Shown here one piece after another: positions 56,526 through 64,000 of a stretch of DNA of 64,000 bases (position 1 is the first letter of the stretch; each line of letters starts with the position of its first letter). The stretch comes from Cryomorphaceae bacterium (GTDB lineage: Bacteria; Bacteroidota; Bacteroidia; Flavobacteriales_D; Crocinitomicaceae): positions 4,084 through 68,083 of the forward strand of contig JAIXRC010000031.1 of assembly GCA_027485415.1 (NCBI GenBank), in the 5' to 3' direction. The position numbers and the translations under genes are program-made. The notes under the pieces were generated by a model. That model was given only the letters and a program-made list of their open reading frames with translations, was not told the origin of the DNA and ran no database searches.

Positions 56526-56670
56526 AGTGAATTATCTTTAAGATTAAAATCAGTTTAAAAAGGCTTAAGTAGAATTAATTGAGTTACATTTTTCGAATAA
56601 TTTAGAAAAATATTATTGATAAGAAGAATTTTATGAATAATTATCTGAAAAAGTATTCTAGTTATTTCTT

Positions 56671-56713
56671 AGGTTTTGGTGCCCCTTTCATGGGAAGATC
56701 TTTCACCACAATG
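56671..56713 (-). pseudogene. 43-nt fragment homologous to the internal part of the yjdM/phnA gene (58119..58161)
   Basis: aggttttggtgcccctttcatgggaagatctttcaccacaatg versus ggctttgggtgctcctttcaccggaagatctttcaccacaatg. 37/43 positions are identical and the last 21 nt are identical. Same orientation as the intact gene. Confidence 0.8.
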
Positions 56714-56880
56714 CCTTAATTCGCCTTGGAATAGCCAACGAGCTTATAGAAATTCGAATTCACGGCAAAAGCAATCCTGCCGCTACGAACGCAACCGAAA
56801 AAGGAAAAGCGGCAAACCGGAGGGTAATAGTTTCCGTTAATTAGCCCAAATAACTCATTCCGAAACTAACCATACCTTCC
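56711..56880 (+). pseudogene. Diverged direct copy of the 3' end of the ompA-family gene plus downstream spacer (copy of 55581..55750)
   Basis: About 170 nt with about 15 mismatches. In the coding part there are 4 synonymous and 4 conservative replacement differences (S>N, F>L, V>I, E>K). A 60-nt block (acgaacgcaaccgaaaaaggaaaagcggcaaaccggagggtaatagtttccgttaatta) is identical. Confidence 0.85.
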
Positions 56881-57940
56881 TAACAGAACCGTCCGAAAAA
56901 CGCTCAAAAATCACTTGATTATGGGTCGATTGCACCTGATTTCCAAAAATATCAAACCGACCCAATAGCATTGGAGCCATAGATTCCGGAAAATCAAGAC
57001 CTAAACTTGGTGAATACCTCCAATGTTCCGTCAGGCGCTGATTCGCTTCGTCTATACCCGTGACATAATCCATGGCATCTTGGCTTGTTAAACAAACGCC
57101 ACCGCGTCTGCCAACGGATGGAACACCCGGAAGCGCTATCCATGCGTTACTGGGCTCATCAAATTTCCAGAGGTCGTTGTGTGAATTTCCTAAACTATCG
57201 ATTCCAAAGGAGGCATAAACGCCATCATTTAACGCAAATAAGGCGGCGTGACTGCGTCCTAGGCTCGGAAATGCGGGCAAGGAGTCCCATTGATTTGAGG
57301 TAGGATCGAACGCATAAAAACCGTGTTGAAATTGATTGTGCTCATCCCGACCAAACAACAAATATCCTTTCCCGTTGTACGAACAAGCTGAAGCCCGCCA
57401 AAAGGAACCAAACGGAAAAGCAGCTTCTTGGTTCCATCCTGAATTCAAAGGATCAAAGGTCCACACCTCATCCGTGGCAGCGCCTCCAAGATGCTTACCG
57501 CCCATGAGATACAATCGATTGTTCAAAACGAAGGAGGCCGACCCAGAACGACCAAATGAAGGTAAACTGTCTTCCAGGAACCAAACATCAGCAGACGGAT
57601 CATAGCGCCAGAGGTCGTTTAAATATTCGGTTCCATTATATCCACCGAATATATAACCGGAAGCGTTTAGGGTAAACCCAGAGGCATATTGTCGTTCAGC
57701 ACCTGAGGGAAGTGGTGCTGTGTTTACCCATTGATTCGTTGCGCTTTGATAACGATAAAAATCAGCCAAGGCAGACCACCACGGACTCAACCCTGTTCCA
57801 ACATATAAATCTCCGTCAATAACAAATCCTGTAGCATCATCGCGTTCAACTCCCGGAAATGAGGGGAGCATTTGCCAATCCTGAGCAATCACACAAGTCG
57901 AACACCAAAACATTAAAAGGTATGACTGTATTTTTTTCAT
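56855..57940 (-). CDS. Secreted Kelch-repeat beta-propeller protein
   Basis: 361-aa ORF with signal peptide. Repeated Kelch signatures (GGYNGTEYLNDLWRYDP, GGKHLGGAATDEVWTFDP, FGRDEHNQFQHGFYAFDP, NDLWKFD). Confidence 0.8.
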   Translation of the reverse strand: MKKIQSYLLMFWCSTCVIAQDWQMLPSFPGVERDDATGFVIDGDLYVGTGLSPWWSALADFYRYQSATNQWVNTAPLPSGAERQYASGFTLNASGYIFGGYNGTEYLNDLWRYDPSADVWFLEDSLPSFGRSGSASFVLNNRLYLMGGKHLGGAATDEVWTFDPLNSGWNQEAAFPFGSFWRASACSYNGKGYLLFGRDEHNQFQHGFYAFDPTSNQWDSLPAFPSLGRSHAALFALNDGVYASFGIDSLGNSHNDLWKFDEPSNAWIALPGVPSVGRRGGVCLTSQDAMDYVTGIDEANQRLTEHWRYSPSLGLDFPESMAPMLLGRFDIFGNQVQSTHNQVIFERFSDGSVRKVWLVSE

Positions 57941-57998
57941 GCATTTGGTATCGTTAATCGATCGATTTTATTGCCTTTGCACTAAATGAAATGGAGGT

Positions 57999-58340
57999 CT
58001 AAGCCTTTTTTACAAATTCTGACTTCAGCGCCATGGCACCGAATCCTTCGATTTTGCAATCAATGTTGTGATCACCATCGGTTAATCGAATGTTTTTTAC
58101 TTTAGTTCCAGCCTTAACGGCTTTGGGTGCTCCTTTCACCGGAAGATCTTTCACCACAATGACAGCATCCCCATTCTGTAACCGTGTTCCATTGGCATCA
58201 ATGACCATGAATTCATCGGTATCCGCCTCCTCGGTTAGCGTCCATTCAAAGGAACACTCTGGGCAGGTATATTGATTTTCTCCGCTTTCATATCCGTATG
58301 GACATTGACACGATGGACACTCTTTCATTTCTTCACTCAT
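57999..58340 (-). CDS. yjdM: Zinc-ribbon protein YjdM/PhnA
   Basis: 113-aa ORF. N-terminal CPSC...CPEC zinc ribbon and the conserved C-terminal domain VIDANGTRLQNGDAVIVVKDLPVKG...IRLTDGDHNIDCKIEGFGAMALKSEFVKK. Confidence 0.9.
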   Translation of the reverse strand: MSEEMKECPSCQCPYGYESGENQYTCPECSFEWTLTEEADTDEFMVIDANGTRLQNGDAVIVVKDLPVKGAPKAVKAGTKVKNIRLTDGDHNIDCKIEGFGAMALKSEFVKKA

Positions 58341-58374
58341 AATCTATCTATTCGTTTATTCAATTCAATTTGCT

Positions 58375-58788
58375 TCAACCCCACGATTCATCCGTATAAA
58401 AAACGGTTCCTTTGAATAAAGCAACCACCTGATCCTTCTGGTTTTTTACTTCTACCTCAAACCTCCCCACGGTTTTTCCCCGACTTAATTCTTTGCAATG
58501 CGCGGTTAAAATATCTCCTAAAACCGCTTTTTTGACATGGGAAATCGCTGTTTCAATGCTCATGGCCACCTTTCCGTGGGCATTGGCTGCAAAGGCCATA
58601 GCTGAGTCGGACAAGGAATAGGTAATTCCTCCATGCGCAATGCTAAATCCGTTGACCATGGATGGCTTTACGTGCAAGCGAACAGAACAAAATCCTGCCC
58701 CCAAATCCAAGATTTCCATGCCCAATTCTTTGCTAAACGCATCCTCTCCCCACATGCGTTCAACGATTTGTTGCGGTGTTAATTTCAT
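58375..58788 (-). CDS. PaaI-family hotdog-fold thioesterase
   Basis: The ORF track extends to 58857. I favour the Met at 58788 (MKLTPQQIVERMW...), which forms an ATGA overlap with the upstream MBL gene stop. NGFSIAHGGITYSLSDSAMAFAA is the PaaI/4HBT-type motif. Confidence 0.8.
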   Translation of the reverse strand: MKLTPQQIVERMWGEDAFSKELGMEILDLGAGFCSVRLHVKPSMVNGFSIAHGGITYSLSDSAMAFAANAHGKVAMSIETAISHVKKAVLGDILTAHCKELSRGKTVGRFEVEVKNQKDQVVALFKGTVFYTDESWG

Positions 58789-59639
58789 CCTAAATCGGCC
58801 AATGAAAACGTCGAGTCCAAGCGAATACCGCGTTCTGTATTCGCCAAGGTACAACACTGATTTACGCTATCATGTTCGAGAAACAGAACGTATTGTTTCT
58901 CCACCGCTTCCTGTAAAAACCGCTCTTTCTCCACAAGGGTTTGCAAAGGTCGGGTATCATACCCCATCACATAAGGAAGCGGGATGTGTCCAACGCTCGG
59001 CAATAAATCGGCCATAAAAACGACCGTTCGTCCTTTATAATGAAGATGGGGAATCATCATGCTTTCCGTATGGCCATCTACGAACAACATATCGATGCCC
59101 GGAAACACATTTTTGGTAAAATCTCCGGTTCGTTCGATGAACTTGAGTTGACCGCTTTCTTGAATTGGCAGAATATTCTCCGATAGAAATGATGCTTTTT
59201 CCCGAGGGTTTGGCTGTGTTGCCCATGCCCAATGCTGTTCATTGCTCCAATAGGTAGCATTTTTAAAAACAGGACGATAGCCGTTTTTCGTATCGTTCCA
59301 GGCAATTGCTCCGCCGCAATGGTCGAAATGCAAATGCGTTAATACGACGTCAGTGATATCGTCGGGATGGAATCCAAGATGGTTCAAGCTCGAGAAAAGA
59401 TTGGCCTCCCCATGTAAAAAATAATGCGAAAAAAACTTTTCACTTTGCTTGTCTCCGATACCGCAATCTATCAAAATTAAGCGAGGACCATCTTCGATGA
59501 GCAGACAACGTAAAGCCCAAGAACACATGTTATTGTCATCGGCAGGATTGGTTTTTTGCCAAAGGGATTTGGGTACCACACCAAACATTGCGCCCCCATC
59601 CAATTTGAAAAACCCTGTTTCGATTACGTGAAATTTCAT
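58785..59639 (-). CDS. MBL-fold metallo-hydrolase
   Basis: 284-aa ORF with the beta-lactamase-fold metal motif THLHFDHCGG and a downstream DGHTES. Confidence 0.85.
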   Translation of the reverse strand: MKFHVIETGFFKLDGGAMFGVVPKSLWQKTNPADDNNMCSWALRCLLIEDGPRLILIDCGIGDKQSEKFFSHYFLHGEANLFSSLNHLGFHPDDITDVVLTHLHFDHCGGAIAWNDTKNGYRPVFKNATYWSNEQHWAWATQPNPREKASFLSENILPIQESGQLKFIERTGDFTKNVFPGIDMLFVDGHTESMMIPHLHYKGRTVVFMADLLPSVGHIPLPYVMGYDTRPLQTLVEKERFLQEAVEKQYVLFLEHDSVNQCCTLANTERGIRLDSTFSLADLG

Positions 59640-60133
59640 AGCTTATTTTTAGCGCTAACCTTTGCTTTTATGGTCAATACCGTCACACCAGGATCTGTAT
59701 TACTAATAACGGTAACGGATTTATGTTCTATTCCCAGCTGGTTTTCTTTTGGATGAAAAGTTACCTTAATTTTCTCTCGTCCTCCCGGAGGTATAGGATT
59801 CTTATTCCAATTCGGAACAGTGCACCCACAGGAAGTTTTAACATCATAAATCAGCAAAGGTTTTTCTCCCGTATTTTCAAATTCGAAGGATGTGGTGTAG
59901 TCCGCATCTGCCATAATGTTGCCGTAATCGTGTTCTAAACGTTCAAAGGTTATTCGGCTGAACGATTTTCTGCGCTCCTCCTCTTCAACATCGACCGATT
60001 TCAATTCCTTTTGCATTTCCTTTCGATTCTCTTCCGTAGCGACAATCGATTGAGCCTTGACCTTTTCAGGTTCTTTCGAACTGCATGCCGTAAGCAACAC
60101 AGCAAAAATTAAAGGAGGTAAACTGGTCTTCAT
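59636..60133 (-). CDS. DUF1573-domain lipoprotein
   Basis: 165-aa ORF. Lipobox LLTACS. FEFENTGEKPLLIYDVKTSCGCTVP is the DUF1573 signature. 4-nt overlap with the MBL gene. Confidence 0.8.
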   Translation of the reverse strand: MKTSLPPLIFAVLLTACSSKEPEKVKAQSIVATEENRKEMQKELKSVDVEEEERRKSFSRITFERLEHDYGNIMADADYTTSFEFENTGEKPLLIYDVKTSCGCTVPNWNKNPIPPGGREKIKVTFHPKENQLGIEHKSVTVISNTDPGVTVLTIKAKVSAKNKL

Positions 60134-60201
60134 ACAGAGGCTAAATATAACAAAAAATCCCGCAGGAGTTCACCGACGGGACTTCTAAAAGGGCGTTTTA
60201 G

Positions 60202-60276
<75 letters not shown>

Positions 60277-60288
60277 GTTTTAGGGGCA

Positions 60289-60296
60289 CAAAGGTA
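60289..60296 (-). promoter_or_regulatory. Bacteroidota -7 promoter motif (TAccTTTG on the minus strand) for tRNA-His
   Basis: The plus strand reads caaaggta, 13 nt from the tRNA 5' end. Confidence 0.5.
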
Positions 60297-60335
60297 TAAT
60301 AATTTTTTATTTTTTCAACGGAAACAAAAGCCTTT

Positions 60336-63017
60336 TTGCCTTTAACGAAGGGTTTCAAATACTTCTGCACAAATTTCGTTTACTTTTGTCTTGTGAGATT
60401 GCTATTCTTTACACTCCTTCTGAGCCTCTCCTGGAGCATTTTGTCCCAACGCCCTATGATGGAAGGCTATTGCCTCGATCAAAAAAGAAACCCGCTTCCC
60501 GGGGTTCGGGTTACCGCTCTCAACGATCGAAGTAACACCTTTTTGACCGATAGTAAAGGCCGGTATCAAATTTTGGCCAACTACAACGATTCACTTCATC
60601 TAGAATATTCCTTGGATTCCATTACCTTGATTCGGCATTTTTACATCGATAACCGCTTATTTCAGCCAAAACTAGCCGATGTAGTTATCAACCTAAAGGA
60701 ATTCTCGACCGTGGTGGTTCAACGGATCAAAGAAGACCCCTTCAACTTGATTGAACTACCTAAAATCGATCTATCGCAAATGATTTCGGTGGAAAAGTAC
60801 CTCACCCTTACTCAGCCCGCAACCTCAAATAACGAACTCACTTCGAACTACAACGTGCGCGGAGGCAATTACGACGAAAACCTGGTATACGTTAATGGAT
60901 TTCTGGTGTATCGTCCTTTCCTTACCCGTTCTGGACAACAAGAAGGCATGAGTTTTATCCATTCTGCCCTCGTAGAATCCGTTAAGTTTTCCGCAGGGGG
61001 TTTTGATGCGCAATACGGCGATCGCTTAAGTTCGGTCCTGGATATCACCTACAAAAACCCGACAACCTTTAAAAGTTCCATTGCCTTGGGACTTTTGAGC
61101 GAAGAAGGCCATGTAGAAGGGAGTTTAGGAAAACGCTTTACCTATCTTGCAGGAGCACGTTACCGAGCCAACGGATACTTGCTCAACTCGTTGCCCACCA
61201 AAGGTGCGTACAATCCTGTATTCAGCGATGGCCAGTTTTTGAGCACCTTTTCCTTCAATGAGAAACTCAGTTGGTCCATACTAGCCCATTATTCATCCAA
61301 CAACTACCGTTTTGCTCCCCAAACCTCGAATACCGATTTCGGTACCGCCAATGAGGCGTATTCCTTCCGCATTTATTTCGACGGACAAGAAAGCACCCGC
61401 TTCCAAACCGGTATGGTAGGCACCAAACTGCACTATACCCCCAGTAAAAAAACGAACCTTGACTTTTTCCTGACCGCATTTCAATCCGATGAACGAGAGT
61501 ACTTTGATATTCAAGGGCAATACTACATCAATGAATTGGAAACCGACCCATCAAAAGAAGAGTACGGGGATTCTATAGCCGTATTAGGGATTGGAACCTT
61601 TCTGAACCATGCCCGCAACCGCCTTAATGCTCAAATCGTTAATGCGTACCACGAGGGCTCCCACTTTTTCAAAGCCGATTACCTTGATTTTTACCAAACG
61701 CGTTTTGTTGTCTCGCAAATCAAATGGGGACTGGGCTACGAATTGGACCAATTTACCGACGTATTAAGCGAATGGAAAATGATTGATTCAGCTGGCTACA
61801 GCGTACCACAAGGCTCCCCCAACGAGGTTGAACTTTTCGAAACGATTAAAAGCAACCTCAACCTGGTAAACCACAAAGCAACCGGTTATTTCCAATGGAA
61901 TTACAGCCAATCGAAAAAACGTTTTCAAGAACGCATAAGCTTAACGCAAAAAATTAAGAAAAACGGGGTAAAACAGAAAATTACGGTAACCGAAACCTTG
62001 CGTGAAAGCACATCCAAATGGGCTTTTTCCTTAGGGCTAAGGTCTGGTTACACCAGCGTAAATCAAGAGTTTTACCTCACCCCAAGGGCTTCAATAAGTT
62101 ATTTTCCACGTGCTTATATGGTTAAAAACAACCGCGTTGTACGCAGAAATTTAAGTTATCGCTTGGCCGCAGGCACTTACTATCAACCGCCGTTTTACCG
62201 GGAATTCAGAACCTACAATGGCAATTTGAATACGCAGGTTCAATCCCAAAAATCACTGCATTTGGTAATGGGAACCGACCTCTATTTTAACCTATGGAAT
62301 CGCGAAAAGCCCTTCAAGTTTTCGGGAGAAATATTTTATAAATACCTCTGGGATGTCAATCCCTATGAAATTGAAAACGTTCGTACAAGGTATTATGCCA
62401 ATAACGACGCTGTCGCTTATGCCACAGGTTTGGACTTTAATGTACATGGTGAATTTGTTCCCGGCATTGAGTCCTTTTTCAAAGTTGGAATAATGCAAAC
62501 CCGAGAAAACTTGCGCTATGATTCCTACAAAGAATACTACAATGCGGCAGGTGAAAAAATCATTTTTGGTTACAGCCAAGACCAGGTCGTCGTTGACAGT
62601 GCTACTTTTTTCCCTGGCTTCATTCCAAGACCTACCGACCAATTATTGACCGTGGGTGCCTTGGTGCAAGACCGTATGCCGGGGTTTGAAAATTTCACAG
62701 TTCAAATGGGACTGCAATACGGCGCTCCTTTGCCCTATGGCCCCCCCGGTTTAGACCGATACCGCGACACCTTAAGGATGAAAGCTTATTTCAGAGTGGA
62801 TTTGGGATTGAGCTACAATTTGGTTACCAAGAAAAACAACTGGTGGAAAAAGCATGTACCAGAATCCATGATTTCTCTCGAAATTTTCAATTTATTGGGC
62901 GTAAATAATGTTTTATCGAAGCAGTGGATTCAAGACGTTGAAGGGAAATATTACAGCATACCCAATTACCTTACACAACGGCGCATCAATTTAAAATTCA
63001 TCTGCCGATTTAACTAG
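60336..63017 (+). CDS. TonB-dependent receptor-like outer-membrane protein (CarbopepD_reg-like N-terminus plus plug plus barrel)
   Basis: 893-aa ORF per the track. The real start is probably the GTG at 60393. GYCLDQKRNPLPGVRVTAL...KGRYQI is carboxypeptidase-regulatory-like. YNVRGGNYDENLVYVNGFLVYRPF is plug-like. A long beta-barrel ends in the aromatic FICRFN. Confidence 0.75.
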   Translation: MPLTKGFKYFCTNFVYFCLVRLLFFTLLLSLSWSILSQRPMMEGYCLDQKRNPLPGVRVTALNDRSNTFLTDSKGRYQILANYNDSLHLEYSLDSITLIRHFYIDNRLFQPKLADVVINLKEFSTVVVQRIKEDPFNLIELPKIDLSQMISVEKYLTLTQPATSNNELTSNYNVRGGNYDENLVYVNGFLVYRPFLTRSGQQEGMSFIHSALVESVKFSAGGFDAQYGDRLSSVLDITYKNPTTFKSSIALGLLSEEGHVEGSLGKRFTYLAGARYRANGYLLNSLPTKGAYNPVFSDGQFLSTFSFNEKLSWSILAHYSSNNYRFAPQTSNTDFGTANEAYSFRIYFDGQESTRFQTGMVGTKLHYTPSKKTNLDFFLTAFQSDEREYFDIQGQYYINELETDPSKEEYGDSIAVLGIGTFLNHARNRLNAQIVNAYHEGSHFFKADYLDFYQTRFVVSQIKWGLGYELDQFTDVLSEWKMIDSAGYSVPQGSPNEVELFETIKSNLNLVNHKATGYFQWNYSQSKKRFQERISLTQKIKKNGVKQKITVTETLRESTSKWAFSLGLRSGYTSVNQEFYLTPRASISYFPRAYMVKNNRVVRRNLSYRLAAGTYYQPPFYREFRTYNGNLNTQVQSQKSLHLVMGTDLYFNLWNREKPFKFSGEIFYKYLWDVNPYEIENVRTRYYANNDAVAYATGLDFNVHGEFVPGIESFFKVGIMQTRENLRYDSYKEYYNAAGEKIIFGYSQDQVVVDSATFFPGFIPRPTDQLLTVGALVQDRMPGFENFTVQMGLQYGAPLPYGPPGLDRYRDTLRMKAYFRVDLGLSYNLVTKKNNWWKKHVPESMISLEIFNLLGVNNVLSKQWIQDVEGKYYSIPNYLTQRRINLKFICRFN
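60381..60388 (+). promoter_or_regulatory. Bacteroidota -7 promoter motif TActTTTG immediately upstream of the receptor gene
   Basis: Exact TAnnTTTG match, only 4 nt before the GTG at 60393 that opens the signal peptide (VRLLFFTLLLSLSWSILSQ). This suggests a leaderless or near-leaderless transcript. Confidence 0.4.
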
Positions 63018-63681
63018 CGGCAAACAAGAACTTATTCGGCGAAATCAACTGGGTTTTTACCGCATACATGACAATTCCAGCGGTATTTTTAACCCCCAAC
63101 TTATTTAATATATTTTTTCGGTGGGTATTAACCGTGTGCTTGCTGAGGAACAACATGTCGGCGATTTGATCATTGGTATAGCCTTCTGCAATAAGTACAA
63201 TTATTTCATTTTCACGATCGGTCATAACCAAAGGATCACAGGTTAAGGCCCCTGCATCTAAATCATCTGGATTGAGGTTCGCTTTATTGATAGTTTCTAA
63301 AATTTTACCGCAAAAGAACTTATTGCCCGAGGCTGTTTCGTTCACGGCATCAGCAATTTCACTCAGGCTACAATCCTTTTTTATATAGCTCATGATTCCA
63401 CCTCGAAGCGCATCAACCAGCGTCTGAGCAGATTGTAAATAAGTAAGTCCTATAAAGCGCAAATCAGCATTGATTCGTAGGTTAGAAGCTATGTCGTTGA
63501 TATCAAAACCCGGGGCAGTGTAGTCGATGATCACTAAGGCCTTACCGATGGTTGCAGCTACCTGTTGCAACTCTTCCGAATTTTCAACCTCAATTAACTC
63601 CTTCACACGCTCATGTCCGGATAGAGTGGTCCGAAGTCCCGCACGCAATAACTCGTTACTATCTGCAATAATTACCTTCAC
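63010..63681 (-). CDS. NarL/FixJ-type response regulator (receiver plus LuxR HTH)
   Basis: 223-aa ORF (GTG start). The receiver has the phospho-acceptor context LVIIDYT, a conserved T (FIGLTY) and K (SYIKKD). C-terminal LuxR HTH: LTDRENEIIVLIAEGYTNDQIADMLFLSKHTVNTHRKNILNKLGV. Its 3' end overlaps the convergent receptor gene by 8 nt. Confidence 0.85.
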   Translation of the reverse strand: MKVIIADSNELLRAGLRTTLSGHERVKELIEVENSEELQQVAATIGKALVIIDYTAPGFDINDIASNLRINADLRFIGLTYLQSAQTLVDALRGGIMSYIKKDCSLSEIADAVNETASGNKFFCGKILETINKANLNPDDLDAGALTCDPLVMTDRENEIIVLIAEGYTNDQIADMLFLSKHTVNTHRKNILNKLGVKNTAGIVMYAVKTQLISPNKFLFAAS

Positions 63682-63701
63682 TTATTTAGAATGGTTTTAA
63701 A

Positions 63702-63709
63702 CAAAGATA
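63702..63709 (-). promoter_or_regulatory. Bacteroidota -7 promoter motif (TAtcTTTG on the minus strand) for the response regulator
   Basis: The plus strand reads caaagata, 20 nt from the GTG start at 63681. Confidence 0.45.
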
Positions 63710-63796
63710 CATCACCCAAGCGAACGCTCCCTATAAAAAGTAAAAAAAAATCAACAAGCTATTCACAGGGGATTTAATTGGGTCATCAATTGCGAC

Positions 63797-63804
63797 TATC
63801 TTTG
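63797..63804 (+). promoter_or_regulatory. Bacteroidota -7 promoter motif TAtcTTTG just upstream of the tsaC-like gene
   Basis: Exact TAnnTTTG match, only 4 nt before the ATG at 63809. It would imply a leaderless mRNA, hence the low confidence. Confidence 0.3.
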
Positions 63805-63808
63805 CAGC

Positions 63809-64000
63809 ATGACCACGGGCATTACGCAAGATATTTCAAAAGTCGCAACCGCACTTCAACAAGGCCTTGCTGTAGGGATTCCCACAGAAACGGTATACGG
63901 TTTAGCCGCCAACGGATTGAACGAAGATGCCATTGCCTCGATCTTTTCGATTAAAGGTCGCCCAACGAGCAATCCGCTCATTTTGCATTTTTTCAGCCTC
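63809..64000 (+). CDS. L-threonylcarbamoyladenylate synthase (TsaC/Sua5/YrdC family), 5' partial at the window edge
   Basis: Not in the ORF track because it runs off the window. ATG at 63809, and the frame is open to 64000. MTTGITQDISKVATALQQGLAVGIPTETVYGLAANGLNEDAIASIFSIKGRPTSNPLILHF carries the YrdC motifs PTETVYGLAAN and KGRPxxNPLI. Confidence 0.8.
   Translation, partial: MTTGITQDISKVATALQQGLAVGIPTETVYGLAANGLNEDAIASIFSIKGRPTSNPLILHFFSL

Noticed and set aside
58789-58857. 23-codon N-terminal extension (MLYLGEYRTRYSLGLDVFIGRFR) of the PaaI thioesterase ORF
   Set aside because: The extension lies entirely inside the upstream MBL hydrolase coding region. The internal Met at 58788 gives a classic ATGA stop/start overlap and a normal PaaI N-terminus.

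Overview
This 64-kb window looks like a chromosomal segment of a Bacteroidota genome, probably Flavobacteriia-like. That placement is inferred from three things: many type IX secretion (T9SS) C-terminal sorting domains, the recurrent TAnnTTTG promoter motif, and the gene content. I found about 50 protein genes, 2 tRNAs (Asp-GTC and His-GTG), and no rRNA, CRISPR array, integrase or transposase.

The first ~40 kb is dominated by ten predicted T9SS cargo genes, about 23 kb of coding sequence. These include a beta-helix protein, an SGNH hydrolase, a lamin-tail-domain (LTD) protein, an endonuclease I, PhoD, a 1439-aa protein with an embedded CHAP domain, a DOMON/Ig protein, a 1202-aa SprB-repeat adhesin, and a CotH-kinase protein with a glycine-rich domain. 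Housekeeping genes are interleaved: gltA, DPP-IV, a THUMP methyltransferase, a patatin-like lipase and a KirBac-like channel.

The most interesting signals are:
1. Two separate small accessory insertions, a DUF433/DUF5615 toxin-antitoxin pair and an AT-rich 1-kb island. Each lies between an intact gene and a diverged direct copy of that gene's 3' end. The second also carries a chimeric phnA|ompA junction with AATG microhomology. No recombinase is present.
2. A translationally coupled TonB receptor, endonuclease I and split 5'-nucleotidase operon, flanked by LTD and PhoD genes. I read this as an extracellular DNA/phosphate scavenging locus.
3. A single ORF fusing lycopene cyclase (CrtY-like) to a Brp/Blh beta-carotene dioxygenase, with no opsin nearby.
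4. A 151-bp tandem repeat with strong hairpins directly downstream of tRNA-Asp.
5. An AsmA-like, LysM, ceramidase-like 7TM and DUF1761 operon.

All functional calls rest on motif recognition by eye. No database search was run.
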